20,725 bases of DNA from Breznakia blatticola (GCF_004365815.1 NZ_SODD01000044.1:1-20725); one strand, 5' to 3'. Shown: positions 6,968 to 19,441, counted from the stretch's first letter. Numbers and translations: made by a program. Notes: generated by a model not told the origin, from the letters alone.

Positions 6968-7101
6968 TTAAGCTGATAAAACTTTTCTACCTTTACTACG
7001 TCTTCTAGCTAGAACGTTACGTCCTCCAGGTGTTTTCATGCGAGCTCTAAACCCGTGTGTTTTTTGATGTTTTCTCTTATTTGGTTGATAAGTTCTTTTC
7101 A
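6968..7101 (-). pseudogene. rpmH: rpmH (50S ribosomal protein L34), reads with a 1-nt frameshift in this sequence
   Basis: ATG 7099-7101 (RBS AGGAGGTG 7107-7114) encodes MKRTYQP, then [14 protein letters not shown]-stop. The -1 frame continues [40 protein letters not shown] (6968-6970). Together these give a full 44-aa L34. The span is 134 nt rather than 135: CCAATAAG is present where CCAAATAAG is expected (7076-7083). Confidence 0.85.
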
Positions 7102-7146
7102 TCAAGTACACCTCCTTTTCTACATATTAATAAACATTGCTTTTAG

Positions 7147-7175
7147 ATTATATCGCAGCACCTTATCCAAGTCAA
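7147..7175 (-). promoter_or_regulatory. sigma-A promoter of rpmH
   Basis: Minus strand has TTGACT (7170-7175), a 17-nt spacer and TATAAT (7147-7152), about 45 nt upstream of the rpmH ATG. Confidence 0.7.
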
Positions 7176-7361
7176 CAAAAAAGTGTATTTCAGAGCAGAT
7201 TCGTTTGTAAGGTTTTTCATGGGTCAATGAATATTGCTTGTGCATTTGAAAACGAAAATGACGAATACACTTTTGCTTAGTCATTTGAAACTGTCTAAAC
7301 ATCATGCATATCGTCATTTTTTGCATTATAAAAAAACTTATGTCCTTAACCTCTTTTGGTT

Positions 7362-8670
7362 CTAGTTAAAATTATACATACTCATATAATTGGTTTGTTT
7401 TTTCTCGACATGAGTCTTCGCCATCGATAGCATTACCAGATTTGCTAATTGAACTCTCACTCTAATTGTATCTAAGTTTCGCAAATAATGATGCTCAAAT
7501 CCATAATCACAATCCAACCTTGCATTATACCTTTCAACTGCGGTACGCCCTTTATAGAGTCTTTTAAACTTCTTTGATCCTCTTGCTACTTCGTTGAATA
7601 TACGCTCATCATCTTTTAGATATAATCGATATACTTTTCCATTATGCTCATATCTCATGGCTTTTCTTGTTTTGTCATAACCTAAGTATTTCATAGAATC
7701 CGCTTTACCTGTTTCAGGATTTGCGTAATAAATATCACCATTTTCATAGTAGTATATGTTCGTATCTTTGTATTGTGTTCCATCTTCATCTTTTCGCATT
7801 TTCCTTGCATCAACGATAGGTATAATCCCCAGTCCTCTTGCTTGATTGAATAATTCCTTCCCATCATATCCTTTGTCAAGCATTAGGTACTTTGGCTTGT
7901 GACTTAACCTTCATTACCGTACGTTCACTGATATTGGCTTTATCAATATGTACGTTAATTGGGAGTCCAGTTAATACATCCACAATTACGTGCGCTCTAA
8001 ACCCAAAGAAACTATGTTTTTTAATCTTTTCTTTTCCATTTTTATCTGTAATGAAATTTTCTTTAATGGATACCGATGCATCATTCTCGCTACGACGATC
8101 TCCATCTGCATGTTCATTTACTCGATTCGCATAACTCTGAATATATTTTCCATCTCCAGCTAACTTTTCTCCAAATCCATCCACATTCTCATAAAAATAC
8201 TCTACCAGATTCTTTTGAATAGAATCTAGTTCCTCTTGATAATTTTCCAACCTTTGGTAGAATCGCGTAAAGACTGCTTCTCCAGGAACTTTCTTTTTAA
8301 TCCCATCAATATAATCAATATCTCTTAACCCACATATCTTTCGCAAATCTCTATTTCGGTTTAATTCTCTTATAAATGAAGCAGTAGAATTATGTCCTAA
8401 TACAATCTTTGCGAGAGCTAGATTCAACATCACTTCATTTGGATAATCATTTCTTCCTTTTCCACGCTCACGATTCAGAGCAGTTACCAATGTAGAAACA
8501 TCTAGTCCCTTGAAACAATATTCTAAACGCAAAAAATCATCACTTACTTCAAGATCTAAACACTCGAAGATATCCATTTGAGTGTGTTGCATTCGGAATT
8601 TCTTCAAAAGTGATTTTTCTTCATGAATTAATAATGATTTTGGTTGTTCTTGTGGTACAATTGTTTGCAT
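7362..8670 (-). mobile_element. IS5/IS1182-type DDE transposase gene split by a frameshift; element termini not identified
   Basis: The N-terminal ORF (7876-8670) has a DUF772-like GKGRNDYPNEVMLNLALAKIVLGHNSTASFIRELNRNRDLRKICGL and FGFRAHVIVDVLTGLPINV. The C-terminal frame, open from 7910, reads RLSHKPKYLMLDKGYD ... YKGRTAVERYNARLK (DDE second D and a Y-2-R-3-E signature). The frames differ by +1, and removing one base in AAGGTT (7905-7910) would fuse them. I could not find terminal inverted repeats. Confidence 0.8.
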
Positions 8671-8778
8671 AAGAGGTCTCCTGTATTATGTATTGTTTGG
8701 TACTTATATTTTACCATGGATTGGCCTCTTATACCTTTAAATAAAGGGTTTTTGAACCTTTTTTCAATTTGATACGTA

Positions 8779-8821
8779 AAAACGATGGATTTCACTCATT
8801 TCAGAGATAATCCATCGTTTT
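8779..8821. repeat. 12-bp perfect inverted repeat upstream of the transposase
   Basis: AAAACGATGGAT (8779-8790) and ATCCATCGTTTT (8810-8821) are separated by a 19-nt loop and followed on the plus strand by T-rich TTTTCTTTGTGGTTTT. Function unknown; it could be part of an IS end or a transcription insulator. Confidence 0.5.
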
Positions 8822-8997
8822 CTTTGTGGTTTTGGTGCGAAACGAATTTATCACACATCATTTCAACCAGTGTTCATCGCAATTATTTAACTAACGAATT
8901 GACTCGTATTTCATGATTAATAAAGTATACAATTTATCGAATATTTCTTTCTATTATTTATGATGTAAAAAAGAATATATTTTTAGTTTCAAACAGG

Positions 8998-9277
8998 TTT
9001 TCCATGATGTTAAAAAACATAGTTTTCCACATAGGGTGGAAAACTGGGGAAAGTTGTTTAAAGCCCTTTAGTCATGCTCATTTTCTTTTATGGAAAACTA
9101 TACAATTCTTAGTTTCTTGTGGAAATTTATCAATTTTCTTTTCCACACTTTCCACATCGTACTTTTCAACATAAACTTTTCCCACAGTTTTCCACACCAA
9201 AAGATGGGGAAAACTATTTAAAGAGTGATATATCCTTTATTTAAAAGGGTTTTCAATTTTTACGATAATGTGGAAAA
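8998..9277. promoter_or_regulatory. oriC part 1: DnaA-box cluster upstream of dnaA (also the dnaA promoter region)
   Basis: Perfect TTTTCCACA boxes at 9023-9031, 9139-9147 and 9188-9196 (+) and 9269-9277 (-). Boxes with one mismatch (8 of 9) are at 9035-9043, 9089-9097, 9118-9126, 9148-9156, 9178-9186 and 9205-9213. Weaker ones are at 8998-9006 and 9045-9053. TTTTCCACA is a low-GC variant of the TTATCCACA consensus. Confidence 0.85.
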
Positions 9278-9365
9278 CTATGTTTTTTACTTTTTGATGG
9301 TAGTAATTTACTATCGTTTCATGTAATATATGAGATGTAAATTTGTATTAGGAAAGGATATATTT

Positions 9366-10727
9366 ATGACGGAATCTGGATCAAACACGTATCAAGACTG
9401 TTGGCATCAGATTTTGCACAATATCCAAGAAAACAATATCTTTGAAAAATCAGTTTTCCACTCTTACGTTTCAAATTCACTTCTCTACGATGTGCGTGAT
9501 GGAATTGCGACAATTGAAGTCCCATTTATCACGACAAAACGGTTCTTCGAACAAAACATTGAAGTCTTTAATGATTTACTGTCTACACAGCTAGATCAAC
9601 AAATTTCTGCTCAAGTTTTGTTAGAAAAAGAACTGTCGAATCGAAAACGTCAAGAGACGCCAAAAGAGGAGTTTATTTTTGAAAATGGAAATAAAATTTT
9701 AGAGAACTATACGTTTGAGAATTTTATTCAAGGTCAAAGTAACCAACAATCGTATGCAGCAGCATATGGTTGTGCGTATTCGAGGGAACAAAGTTTTTAC
9801 AATCCATTATTTATTTATGGAAATTCTGGATTAGGAAAAACCCATTTATTGCATGCTATTTGTAATTATCTTAAAAGTAATCGTCCAGATGTAAAATATC
9901 TTTACATTGATGGAAATGATTTCATTAATTTAATTATTAAATCGCTTAAAGAGAATAAATCTGATGTTTTTATAGAAAGTATTTGTCAATTGGATTATTT
10001 GCTAATCGATGATATTCAGCATCTTGCAAAAACAAATCAAAGCCAAGAATTATTCTTTAATATTTATAATAAGTTGAAGGATAGTGGGAAACAAATCATT
10101 TTAACTAGTGATGTGTACCCTTCAGAACTAAAAAATATTAATGCGAGAATTATTTCACGTTTTACATCGGGCTTATCGGTAAGTATTACATCACCTGAAT
10201 TTGAAACAGCGGTTTCGATTCTTCAAAAGAAACTTGAAGGTAGAACCAATGAAATCATTATTACAGATGATGCACTCTTCTATATTGCAAACCGTTTTAA
10301 TGAAGATGTTAGAAAACTGGAAGGTGCCTTAAATGAACTATTATTTAAAGCAATCTTACATAACCCAGAAGTTATTGATGAACATTTCACAATTGATATG
10401 TTCAAAGACAATCCGATTATTTCACAAACGGATGAATTAACACCAAAGAAAATAAAGAAAGAAGTTTGTAATTACTACAATATTACATTGAAGCAAATTG
10501 AATCAAAATCAAGAACTGCAGATATTGCAAATGCACGTCATATCGCTATTTATTTAATTCGTGAACTTCTTGATGTACCATTTAAAAAGATTGGATCTGA
10601 ATTTGGTAATCGTGATCATTCCACAATTATGACTTCTTATGATAAAATTGTAGGGTACCTAAATGAAAAAGGTATCTATAAAGATGTTATTGATGATATT
10701 AAAAAACGTTTAGGTGTTTACGCATAA
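9366..10727 (+). CDS. dnaA: chromosomal replication initiator DnaA
   Basis: Walker A GNSGLGKTHLL, Walker B LLIDDIQ, and the domain IV DNA-binding signature RHIAIYLIRELLDVPFKKIGSEFGNRDHSTIMTSYDKI. I prefer ATG 9366 (MTESGSN; RBS AGGAAAGGA 9350-9358) to the track start at 9330. Confidence 0.95.
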   Translation: MTESGSNTYQDCWHQILHNIQENNIFEKSVFHSYVSNSLLYDVRDGIATIEVPFITTKRFFEQNIEVFNDLLSTQLDQQISAQVLLEKELSNRKRQETPKEEFIFENGNKILENYTFENFIQGQSNQQSYAAAYGCAYSREQSFYNPLFIYGNSGLGKTHLLHAICNYLKSNRPDVKYLYIDGNDFINLIIKSLKENKSDVFIESICQLDYLLIDDIQHLAKTNQSQELFFNIYNKLKDSGKQIILTSDVYPSELKNINARIISRFTSGLSVSITSPEFETAVSILQKKLEGRTNEIIITDDALFYIANRFNEDVRKLEGALNELLFKAILHNPEVIDEHFTIDMFKDNPIISQTDELTPKKIKKEVCNYYNITLKQIESKSRTADIANARHIAIYLIRELLDVPFKKIGSEFGNRDHSTIMTSYDKIVGYLNEKGIYKDVIDDIKKRLGVYA

Positions 10728-10730
10728 ATT

Positions 10731-10860
10731 ATTTCCACAAAATTTTGCCGTAAATCTAAACAGTGAAAAACTGCTAAAAAGTATGATAAATACTTATTAT
10801 TTTTTACTTTTCAAGGTTTTCCACACACTAGTAGTAATACTATCTTAAAAAATTATTATA
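10731..10860 (+). promoter_or_regulatory. oriC part 2: DnaA boxes, DnaA-trio-like repeats and AT-rich unwinding candidate
   Basis: ATTTCCACA at 10731-10739 and a perfect TTTTCCACA at 10817-10825. After CAC come TAG TAG TAA TAC TAT (10829-10843), then AT-rich CTTAAAAAATTATTATA (10844-10860), just before the dnaN RBS. The layout resembles the B. subtilis box-trio-DUE arrangement. Confidence 0.65.
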
Positions 10861-10878
10861 CAGACAGGGGGTCACACG

Positions 10879-11997
10879 ATGTTTTTTAAAGTTGATAAGA
10901 AACAATTGCTTACAAAATTAAATGTTGTATCTAGAGCTATTTCAAACTATTCACCTTTACCAGCATTTTCTGGTATTAAGTTTGATGTAAATGAAAATGA
11001 AATTTGTTTAATGGCATCTGATTCAGATATTTCAATTAAAAACTATATTTCAAAACGTGATGAATGCTTTTTAGAAATTGAACAAACAGGTTCAATTGTT
11101 ATTGAGGCAAAATACATTCTTGATATTGTTCGTAAAATGGACACAGAAGTTATTTCTATTGAAGTAGCTGATGGAGTGAATGTTAAAATTTATGATGAAA
11201 CAAGTGAATTTAATATTATTGGTATTTATGCAAATGAATATCCAATGATTGATTTCACAAAAGGAGAAGACTTCTTTACAATTTCAACAATGAAATTAAA
11301 GTCGGTCTTAAATCAAACCTTATTTGCGACAAGTGATAAAGACAATCGTCCTTACTTAAATGGAATTAATGTTCATATTCATGATGGACATGTCGATTGT
11401 ACAGCTACAGATAGTTATCGTTTAGCAAAAACTTCATTTGATGTAGATAGTACGATTGATTACAACATTATTATTCCTTCAAAATCATTAAATGAATTAT
11501 TAAAGTCATTAGATGATGATCAAGAAATCAAAGTTCATGTATCGAATAAGAAAGTACAATTTGTATTTGAAGATACACTTATTCAAACACGTTTAATTGA
11601 AGGAAGTTTCCCTGATACAAATAAACTGATTCCTGAACAGTTCCAATATGAACTTAAAGTAGAAACAAGAGATATCTTAAGTGCGATTGACCGTATGAGT
11701 TTTATTAAAAATGATGGAATTAACATTATTAAATTAGATCTTAACGAAAATGAAAGTATTCTTTCAACGAAATCACAAGATATTGGATCTGCTACTGAGA
11801 TTTTAAAAACAGCTTCATTCAATGGTGAATCCTTAGCGATTTCATTTAATGGTCGTTATGTATTTGAAGCCATTCGTGCAATTCATGCAGATACGATTAC
11901 TTTTAAGTTTTCAGGAGAGATGAAACCATTCATTATCCAAAGTGAAGAAAACGAAGAAGTATTACAATTGGTATTACCAGTTCGTACCTATCTATAA
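10879..11997 (+). CDS. dnaN: DNA polymerase III beta sliding clamp
   Basis: 372 aa, three-domain clamp length, typical N-terminus (LLTKLNVVSRAIS) and C-terminus (MKPFIIQS....LVLPVRT), in the dnaA-dnaN order. RBS AGGGGG at 10866-10871. Confidence 0.95.
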   Translation: MFFKVDKKQLLTKLNVVSRAISNYSPLPAFSGIKFDVNENEICLMASDSDISIKNYISKRDECFLEIEQTGSIVIEAKYILDIVRKMDTEVISIEVADGVNVKIYDETSEFNIIGIYANEYPMIDFTKGEDFFTISTMKLKSVLNQTLFATSDKDNRPYLNGINVHIHDGHVDCTATDSYRLAKTSFDVDSTIDYNIIIPSKSLNELLKSLDDDQEIKVHVSNKKVQFVFEDTLIQTRLIEGSFPDTNKLIPEQFQYELKVETRDILSAIDRMSFIKNDGINIIKLDLNENESILSTKSQDIGSATEILKTASFNGESLAISFNGRYVFEAIRAIHADTITFKFSGEMKPFIIQSEENEEVLQLVLPVRTYL

Positions 11998-12002
11998 CAA
12001 AA

Positions 12003-12027
12003 TACGCCTTTTACGGGGCGTTTTTTA
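12003..12027 (+). terminator. probable terminator after dnaN
   Basis: ACGCC (12004-12008) pairs with GGCGT (12017-12021), followed by TTTTTT. The stem is short, so confidence is moderate. Confidence 0.5.
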
Positions 12028-12168
12028 TTTGTCGCATAATTATATTATTTTAACTAAAATTGAATAGAGAGCGTTTTAAGGGTGTATATGGACGTGTCCT
12101 ATCTTTTTAATTATCTATTTTCATTGAAATATGATATAATAATCTAGGTGGAAAATGGAGATATATCT

Positions 12169-12368
12169 ATGGAAATAAAGATTGAAACCGAATATGTAAC
12201 ACTAGGACAATTTTTAAAACTTGCTGATTTTATTAGCAGTGGTGGTGAAGCTAAATTCGCTGTCAAAGAATTGGACATTATCGTAAATGGAGATAAAGAA
12301 GATCGTCGTGGTCGTAAGCTATATCCTAACGATGTTGTAGTAGTTGAAGGTCAAACGTTTACCATTGT

Positions 12369-12372
<4 letters not shown>
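12169..12372 (+). CDS. yaaA: S4-domain RNA-binding protein YaaA
   Basis: 67 aa. ITLGQFLKL....VNGDKEDRRGRKLYPNDVV fits the small S4-like protein found between dnaN and recF in Bacilli. ATG 12169 has a GGAG RBS (12157-12160). An extended -10 TGaTATAAT lies at 12132-12140. Its stop overlaps the recF start (ATGA). Confidence 0.8.
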
Positions 12373-15384
<3,012 letters not shown>

Positions 15385-15396
15385 GGGGAATTTGCA

Positions 15397-17904
15397 ATGG
15401 ATGATATTAATAAAGTAAAGCAGTTAGACATCGTCACAGATATGCGTAAAAGTTTCCTTGATTATTCGATGTCTGTAATTGTTGCTCGTGCATTACCAGA
15501 TGTAAGAGATGGAATGAAACCAGTACACCGTCGTATTATTCATGGGATGAATGAACAAGGAATGTACTCTGATAAACCATATAAGAAAAGTGCCAGAATC
15601 GTTGGGGACGTAATGGGGAAATATCACCCGCATGGGGATTCATCTATTTATGAAGCCATGGTTCGTATGGCTCAAGATTTCTCATATCGTTATCCATTAG
15701 TTCAAGGTCACGGAAACTTTGGTTCGATGGATGGAGATGGTGCAGCGGCAATGCGTTATACCGAAGCACGTATGTCTAAAATCACAATGGAATTGATTCG
15801 TGATATTAATAAAGACACGGTTGATTTTATACCAAACTATGATGGTGAAGAAACAGAACCTTCTGTTTTACCATCAAAATTTCCAAACTTAGTTGTAAAT
15901 GGATCAATGGGGATTGCCGTAGGTATGGCAACTAACATTCCACCACACAACTTAAGTGAAACTATTGATGCAACGATTGCCATTATTCGTAATCCAGAGA
16001 TTACAATTATGGAATTAATGGAAAATCATATCTTTGGACCTGATTATCCTACAGGTGGAACAATATTAGGAAGAAGTGGAATTAAACAAGCCTTTGAAAC
16101 TGGTCGTGGTAGTATTATTACGCGTGCAAAGGTAAAAATTGAAGAGAAAAGTAATGGAAAAACACGCTTTATCTTTAATGAAATTCCATACCAAGTAAAT
16201 AAATCAAACTTAGTTAAGAAAATTGCTGAGCTTGTACGTGATAAAGCAATTGAAGGAATTACAGAATTACGTGATGAAAGTAACCGTGACGGAGTACGTA
16301 TTGTTATTGAGTTACGTAAAGATGTACAACCAGATATCGTATTAAATCAATTGTATCGTTTAACACCATTACAAAGTTCATTTGGTGTTAACTTCTTAGC
16401 ACTTGTAAATGGTGCACCAAAACAATTGAATATTAAAGAAGCATTACAACATTATATTGATCATCAAATCGAAGTTATTGAAAGAAGAACTAGATATGAC
16501 TTACGAAAAGCTGAAGAACGTGCACATATCTTAGAAGGATTAAAGATTGCATTAGATAACATTGATGCGATTATTACATTAATCCGTAATTCAAAAGATG
16601 ATGAAACAGCACGTAATGGCTTAATGGAGAACTTTGAATTATCTGAAATTCAAGCACGTGCGATTCTTGAAATGCAACTTCGTCGTTTAACTGGATTGCA
16701 ACGTGAACGTATTGAAAATGAATACAATGAATTACTAGCTAGAATTACAGATTTGAAAGACATTTTAGCAAATCATGAACGTGTATTAACAATTATTTGT
16801 GATGAGTTAACGGAAATCAAAGAAAAATACGGTGATGAACGTCGTACTGAAATTAGTGATGAAGGTATTGATATTGAGGATGAAGACTTAATCCCAGTTG
16901 AAGATATCGTAATTTCTATGACAGAAACCGGATATATTAAACGTATTCCAATTGATACATACCGTACACAAAACCGTGGTGGTCGTGGAGTTAAAGGAAT
17001 GAATATGAATGAAGATGATGTAATTGATATGTTAATTACAATGTCGACACATGATTATTTGTTACTATTCTCTAACTTTGGACGTGTATATCGTATGAAA
17101 GGTTATAAAGTACCTTCAGGAACAAGAACATCTAAGGGTATTCCAGTAGTGAACTTACTAAATCTAAATGAAGGTGAAAAGATTCGTGCTATGATTCCTG
17201 TACAAACTGAATCAGAAATGAAATATTTATTCTTTGTAACTAAAAATGGATTAGTAAAACGTGTAGATGAACAAGAATTCTATTCAATTCGTCAAAATGG
17301 TAAGATTGCTATTACCTTACGTGATGGTGATGAACTAGTCGGTGTTCGTCAAACAAATGGAGATAATGAAATTGTTATTGCTGGAAGTAATGGGAAAGCA
17401 GTACGTTTCAATGAAAACCAAGTACGTCCAATGGGACGTAGTGCAAGTGGTGTACGTGGATTTAATGTTGACGGATCTACAGTTGTAGGTATGGCGACAA
17501 GTGAAGAAGGTCAATATATCTTATCAGTTAGTGAAAATGGATATGGTAAACGTACAAATATGGATGAATACCGTCTAACAAGCCGTGGTACGAAAGGTGT
17601 TAAAACAATTAATATTACTGAGAAAACAGGTAATTTAGTTGCTGTTCGTGCAGTAAATGGTGACGAAGATGTCATGATTATTACGGACCAAGGTATTATT
17701 ATTCGTATTTCATTAGAAAATGTTGGTGTATATGGTCGTAACACGCAAGGAGTTAAATTAATTAACGTAGCGGAAAATGAAAAAGTAGCACGTGTAGCTC
17801 CAGTTGCGAAACAAGAAAATGAAGAAGACGAAATTTTGGAAGAACTAGAAGAAACAGTCGTTGAAAAAGTTCTTGAAGACCTAGACAACAAAGCAAGTGA
17901 ATGA
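15397..17904 (+). CDS. gyrA: DNA gyrase subunit A
   Basis: QRDR-type [17 protein letters not shown], active-site region [11 protein letters not shown]-terminal beta-pinwheel repeats and an acidic tail. Confidence 0.95.
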   Translation: MDDINKVKQLDIVTDMRKSFLDYSMSVIVARALPDVRDGMKPVHRRIIHGMNEQGMYSDKPYKKSARIVGDVMGKYHPHGDSSIYEAMVRMAQDFSYRYPLVQGHGNFGSMDGDGAAAMRYTEARMSKITMELIRDINKDTVDFIPNYDGEETEPSVLPSKFPNLVVNGSMGIAVGMATNIPPHNLSETIDATIAIIRNPEITIMELMENHIFGPDYPTGGTILGRSGIKQAFETGRGSIITRAKVKIEEKSNGKTRFIFNEIPYQVNKSNLVKKIAELVRDKAIEGITELRDESNRDGVRIVIELRKDVQPDIVLNQLYRLTPLQSSFGVNFLALVNGAPKQLNIKEALQHYIDHQIEVIERRTRYDLRKAEERAHILEGLKIALDNIDAIITLIRNSKDDETARNGLMENFELSEIQARAILEMQLRRLTGLQRERIENEYNELLARITDLKDILANHERVLTIICDELTEIKEKYGDERRTEISDEGIDIEDEDLIPVEDIVISMTETGYIKRIPIDTYRTQNRGGRGVKGMNMNEDDVIDMLITMSTHDYLLLFSNFGRVYRMKGYKVPSGTRTSKGIPVVNLLNLNEGEKIRAMIPVQTESEMKYLFFVTKNGLVKRVDEQEFYSIRQNGKIAITLRDGDELVGVRQTNGDNEIVIAGSNGKAVRFNENQVRPMGRSASGVRGFNVDGSTVVGMATSEEGQYILSVSENGYGKRTNMDEYRLTSRGTKGVKTINITEKTGNLVAVRAVNGDEDVMIITDQGIIIRISLENVGVYGRNTQGVKLINVAENEKVARVAPVAKQENEEDEILEELEETVVEKVLEDLDNKASE

Positions 17905-17914
17905 TATAAATAAA

Positions 17915-18136
17915 GAAAGCGATGATAAGGATAAGTAATTGGATCATTATTTATAGAGAGTTAGTGGTAGGTGTAAACTAATAATAATCCCAGTGAAATC
18001 AACCTTTGAGTGATTTAATGAAATGAGTAATTAAATCCGGTAGTACCGTTATAACTTTAAGGACTGTATAGTTGAAGAAGGGTGGCAACGCGCTGCATAG
18101 CGCCCCTTTAGGTAAGCCACTCTTCTTTTATTTTTG
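17915..18136 (+). promoter_or_regulatory. T-box leader (tRNA-Ser specific) controlling serS
   Basis: Stem I base with a GA/K-turn motif GCGATGATAAGG, and AGAGAG at 17955-17960. The specifier loop reads GAAA-TCA-A, placing a serine UCA codon at 17999-18001 directly before the closing CCTT helix. The T-box sequence AAGGGTGGCAACGCG is at 18078-18092. Terminator arms AAGAAGGGTGGC (18075-18086) and GCCACTCTTCTT (18116-18127) are followed by a T-run. Confidence 0.85.
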
Positions 18137-18150
18137 TAAGGAGATAAACA

Positions 18151-19437
18151 ATGATTGATATTAAGTTTTTAAGAGAAAATCCAGAAGTAGTAAAAGAGAA
18201 TATTAAAAAGAAGTTTCAAGATAGTAAATTACCATTAGTAGATGAAGTTATTGCACTTGATAAAGAAAGTCGTGAGACACAAACAAGAGCTGATGAATTA
18301 CGTGCAAATCGTAATAAACTAAGTAAAGAAATTGGTTTATTAATGAAAGATGGTAAACGTGATGAAGCTGAGCAAGTAAAAAAAGATGTTCAAGCAATGG
18401 CTGATGAACTTGCTACTCTTGAAGCACGTGAAGAAGAAGTACAAAAGAAAGTACTTGATATTATGATGGTAATTCCAAATATCATCGATGATAGTGTACC
18501 TATTGGTAAAGATGATAGTGAAAATGTTGAAGTTGAACGTTATGGTGAGCCAGTAGTACCTGCTTTTGAAATTCCATATCACACAGATATTATGGAACGT
18601 TTTGATGGAATTGATTTAGATTCAGCACGTAAAGTAGCAGGAAATGGATTCTACTATTTAGAAGGTGATATGGCACGTTTACATTCAGCTGCAATCACAT
18701 ATGCACGTGACTTTATGATTGATAAAGGATTTACGTACTGTATTCCACCATTTATGATTCGCAGTAATGTAGTTACTGGAGTTATGAGTTTTGCGGAAAT
18801 GGAATCAATGATGTATAAAATTGAAGGTGAGGATCTTTACCTTATTGGAACAAGTGAACATAGTATGATTGGTAAATTCATTGATACAATTATTGATGAA
18901 GAAACATTACCTAAAACATATACAAGTTACTCACCATGTTTTAGAAAAGAAAAAGGTGCTCATGGTATTGAAGAACGTGGTGTGTACCGTATTCACCAAT
19001 TTGAAAAACAAGAAATGATTGTTGTATGTGAACCAGAAGAGAGTCCTATTTGGTTTGATAAAATGTACAAGTATACAATTGAATTATTTAGAAACTTAGA
19101 TGTTCCAGTACGTGCACTTGAATGTTGTTCAGGAGATTTAGCAGACTTAAAAACAAAAAGTATTGATGTTGAAGCATGGTCTCCACGCCAACAAAAATAC
19201 TTTGAAGTAGGTAGTTGTTCAAACTTATCAGATGCACAAGCTCGTCGTTTAAAAATCCGTGTAAATGGTAAAAATGGGAAGTACTATGCACATACACTAA
19301 ACAATACTGTAGTTGCTCCACCTCGTATGTTAATTGCATTGTTAGAAAATAACCTAAATGAAGATGGCTCAATCAATGTACCAGCTGCATTACAACCATA
19401 CATGGGTGGTAAAAAACGTTTAGTACCTGTGAAATAG
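18151..19437 (+). CDS. serS: seryl-tRNA synthetase
   Basis: 428 aa with an N-terminal coiled-coil arm (MIDIKFLRENPE...) and class II core motifs (FRKEKGAHG..RGVYRIHQFEK, GSCSN..DAQARRL, TLNNTVVAPPR). Confidence 0.95.
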   Translation: MIDIKFLRENPEVVKENIKKKFQDSKLPLVDEVIALDKESRETQTRADELRANRNKLSKEIGLLMKDGKRDEAEQVKKDVQAMADELATLEAREEEVQKKVLDIMMVIPNIIDDSVPIGKDDSENVEVERYGEPVVPAFEIPYHTDIMERFDGIDLDSARKVAGNGFYYLEGDMARLHSAAITYARDFMIDKGFTYCIPPFMIRSNVVTGVMSFAEMESMMYKIEGEDLYLIGTSEHSMIGKFIDTIIDEETLPKTYTSYSPCFRKEKGAHGIEERGVYRIHQFEKQEMIVVCEPEESPIWFDKMYKYTIELFRNLDVPVRALECCSGDLADLKTKSIDVEAWSPRQQKYFEVGSCSNLSDAQARRLKIRVNGKNGKYYAHTLNNTVVAPPRMLIALLENNLNEDGSINVPAALQPYMGGKKRLVPVK

Positions 19438-19441
19438 TATA

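Noticed and set aside
7076-7086. Programmed -1 ribosomal frameshifting as the explanation for the rpmH frame break
   Set aside because: A -1 slip after CCA would recreate L34 exactly. However, CAA-CCA-ATA is not an X-XXY-YYZ slippery heptamer, tRNA-Pro cannot re-pair on ACC, and no stimulatory structure is obvious. A 1-nt deletion or a sequencing error is simpler.
7163-7171. TTATCCAAG in the rpmH promoter spacer as a functional DnaA box left behind by the IS insertion
   Set aside because: It matches only seven of nine positions of the consensus, stands alone, and is unsupported by neighbouring boxes. This is not enough to claim a split oriC.
7120-7326. 68-aa minus-strand ORF upstream of rpmH, with internal FQM-KQ repetition
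   Set aside because: It runs through the rpmH promoter, has no RBS and has odd composition. The peptide repeat only reflects an imperfect DNA direct repeat (TTGCTTGTGCATTTGAAAAC 7234-7253 and TTGCTTAGTCATTTGAAACT 7273-7292, 15 of 20 identical), which may belong to the IS flank.
7879-7910. Programmed frameshift producing a fused transposase, as in IS3/IS1-type elements
   Set aside because: The required shift is +1 and not -1, no A-rich slippery run is present, and IS5/IS1182-type transposases are normally single ORFs. I treat it as a disabling 1-nt insertion.
7199-8847. Terminal inverted repeats of the IS, proposed from 8-mers ATTCGTTT (7199-7206) / AAACGAAT (8840-8847) and GAAAACGA (7248-7255) / TCGTTTTC (8815-8822)
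   Set aside because: Only 8-nt cores match, the flanking bases do not align, and the spacing differs (42 versus 17 nt). Matches like these are expected by chance in AT-rich DNA, so I do not claim IS boundaries.
9330-9365. Longer N-termini given by the ORF track: dnaA 9330, tadA 20094, yaaA 12148, jag 5624, rnpA 6876, gyrB 13465
   Set aside because: The downstream ATGs have correctly spaced Shine-Dalgarno sequences and give N-termini matching the families. The tadA extension would overlap the SRP RNA, and the dnaA extension begins MRCKFVLGKDIF without an RBS.
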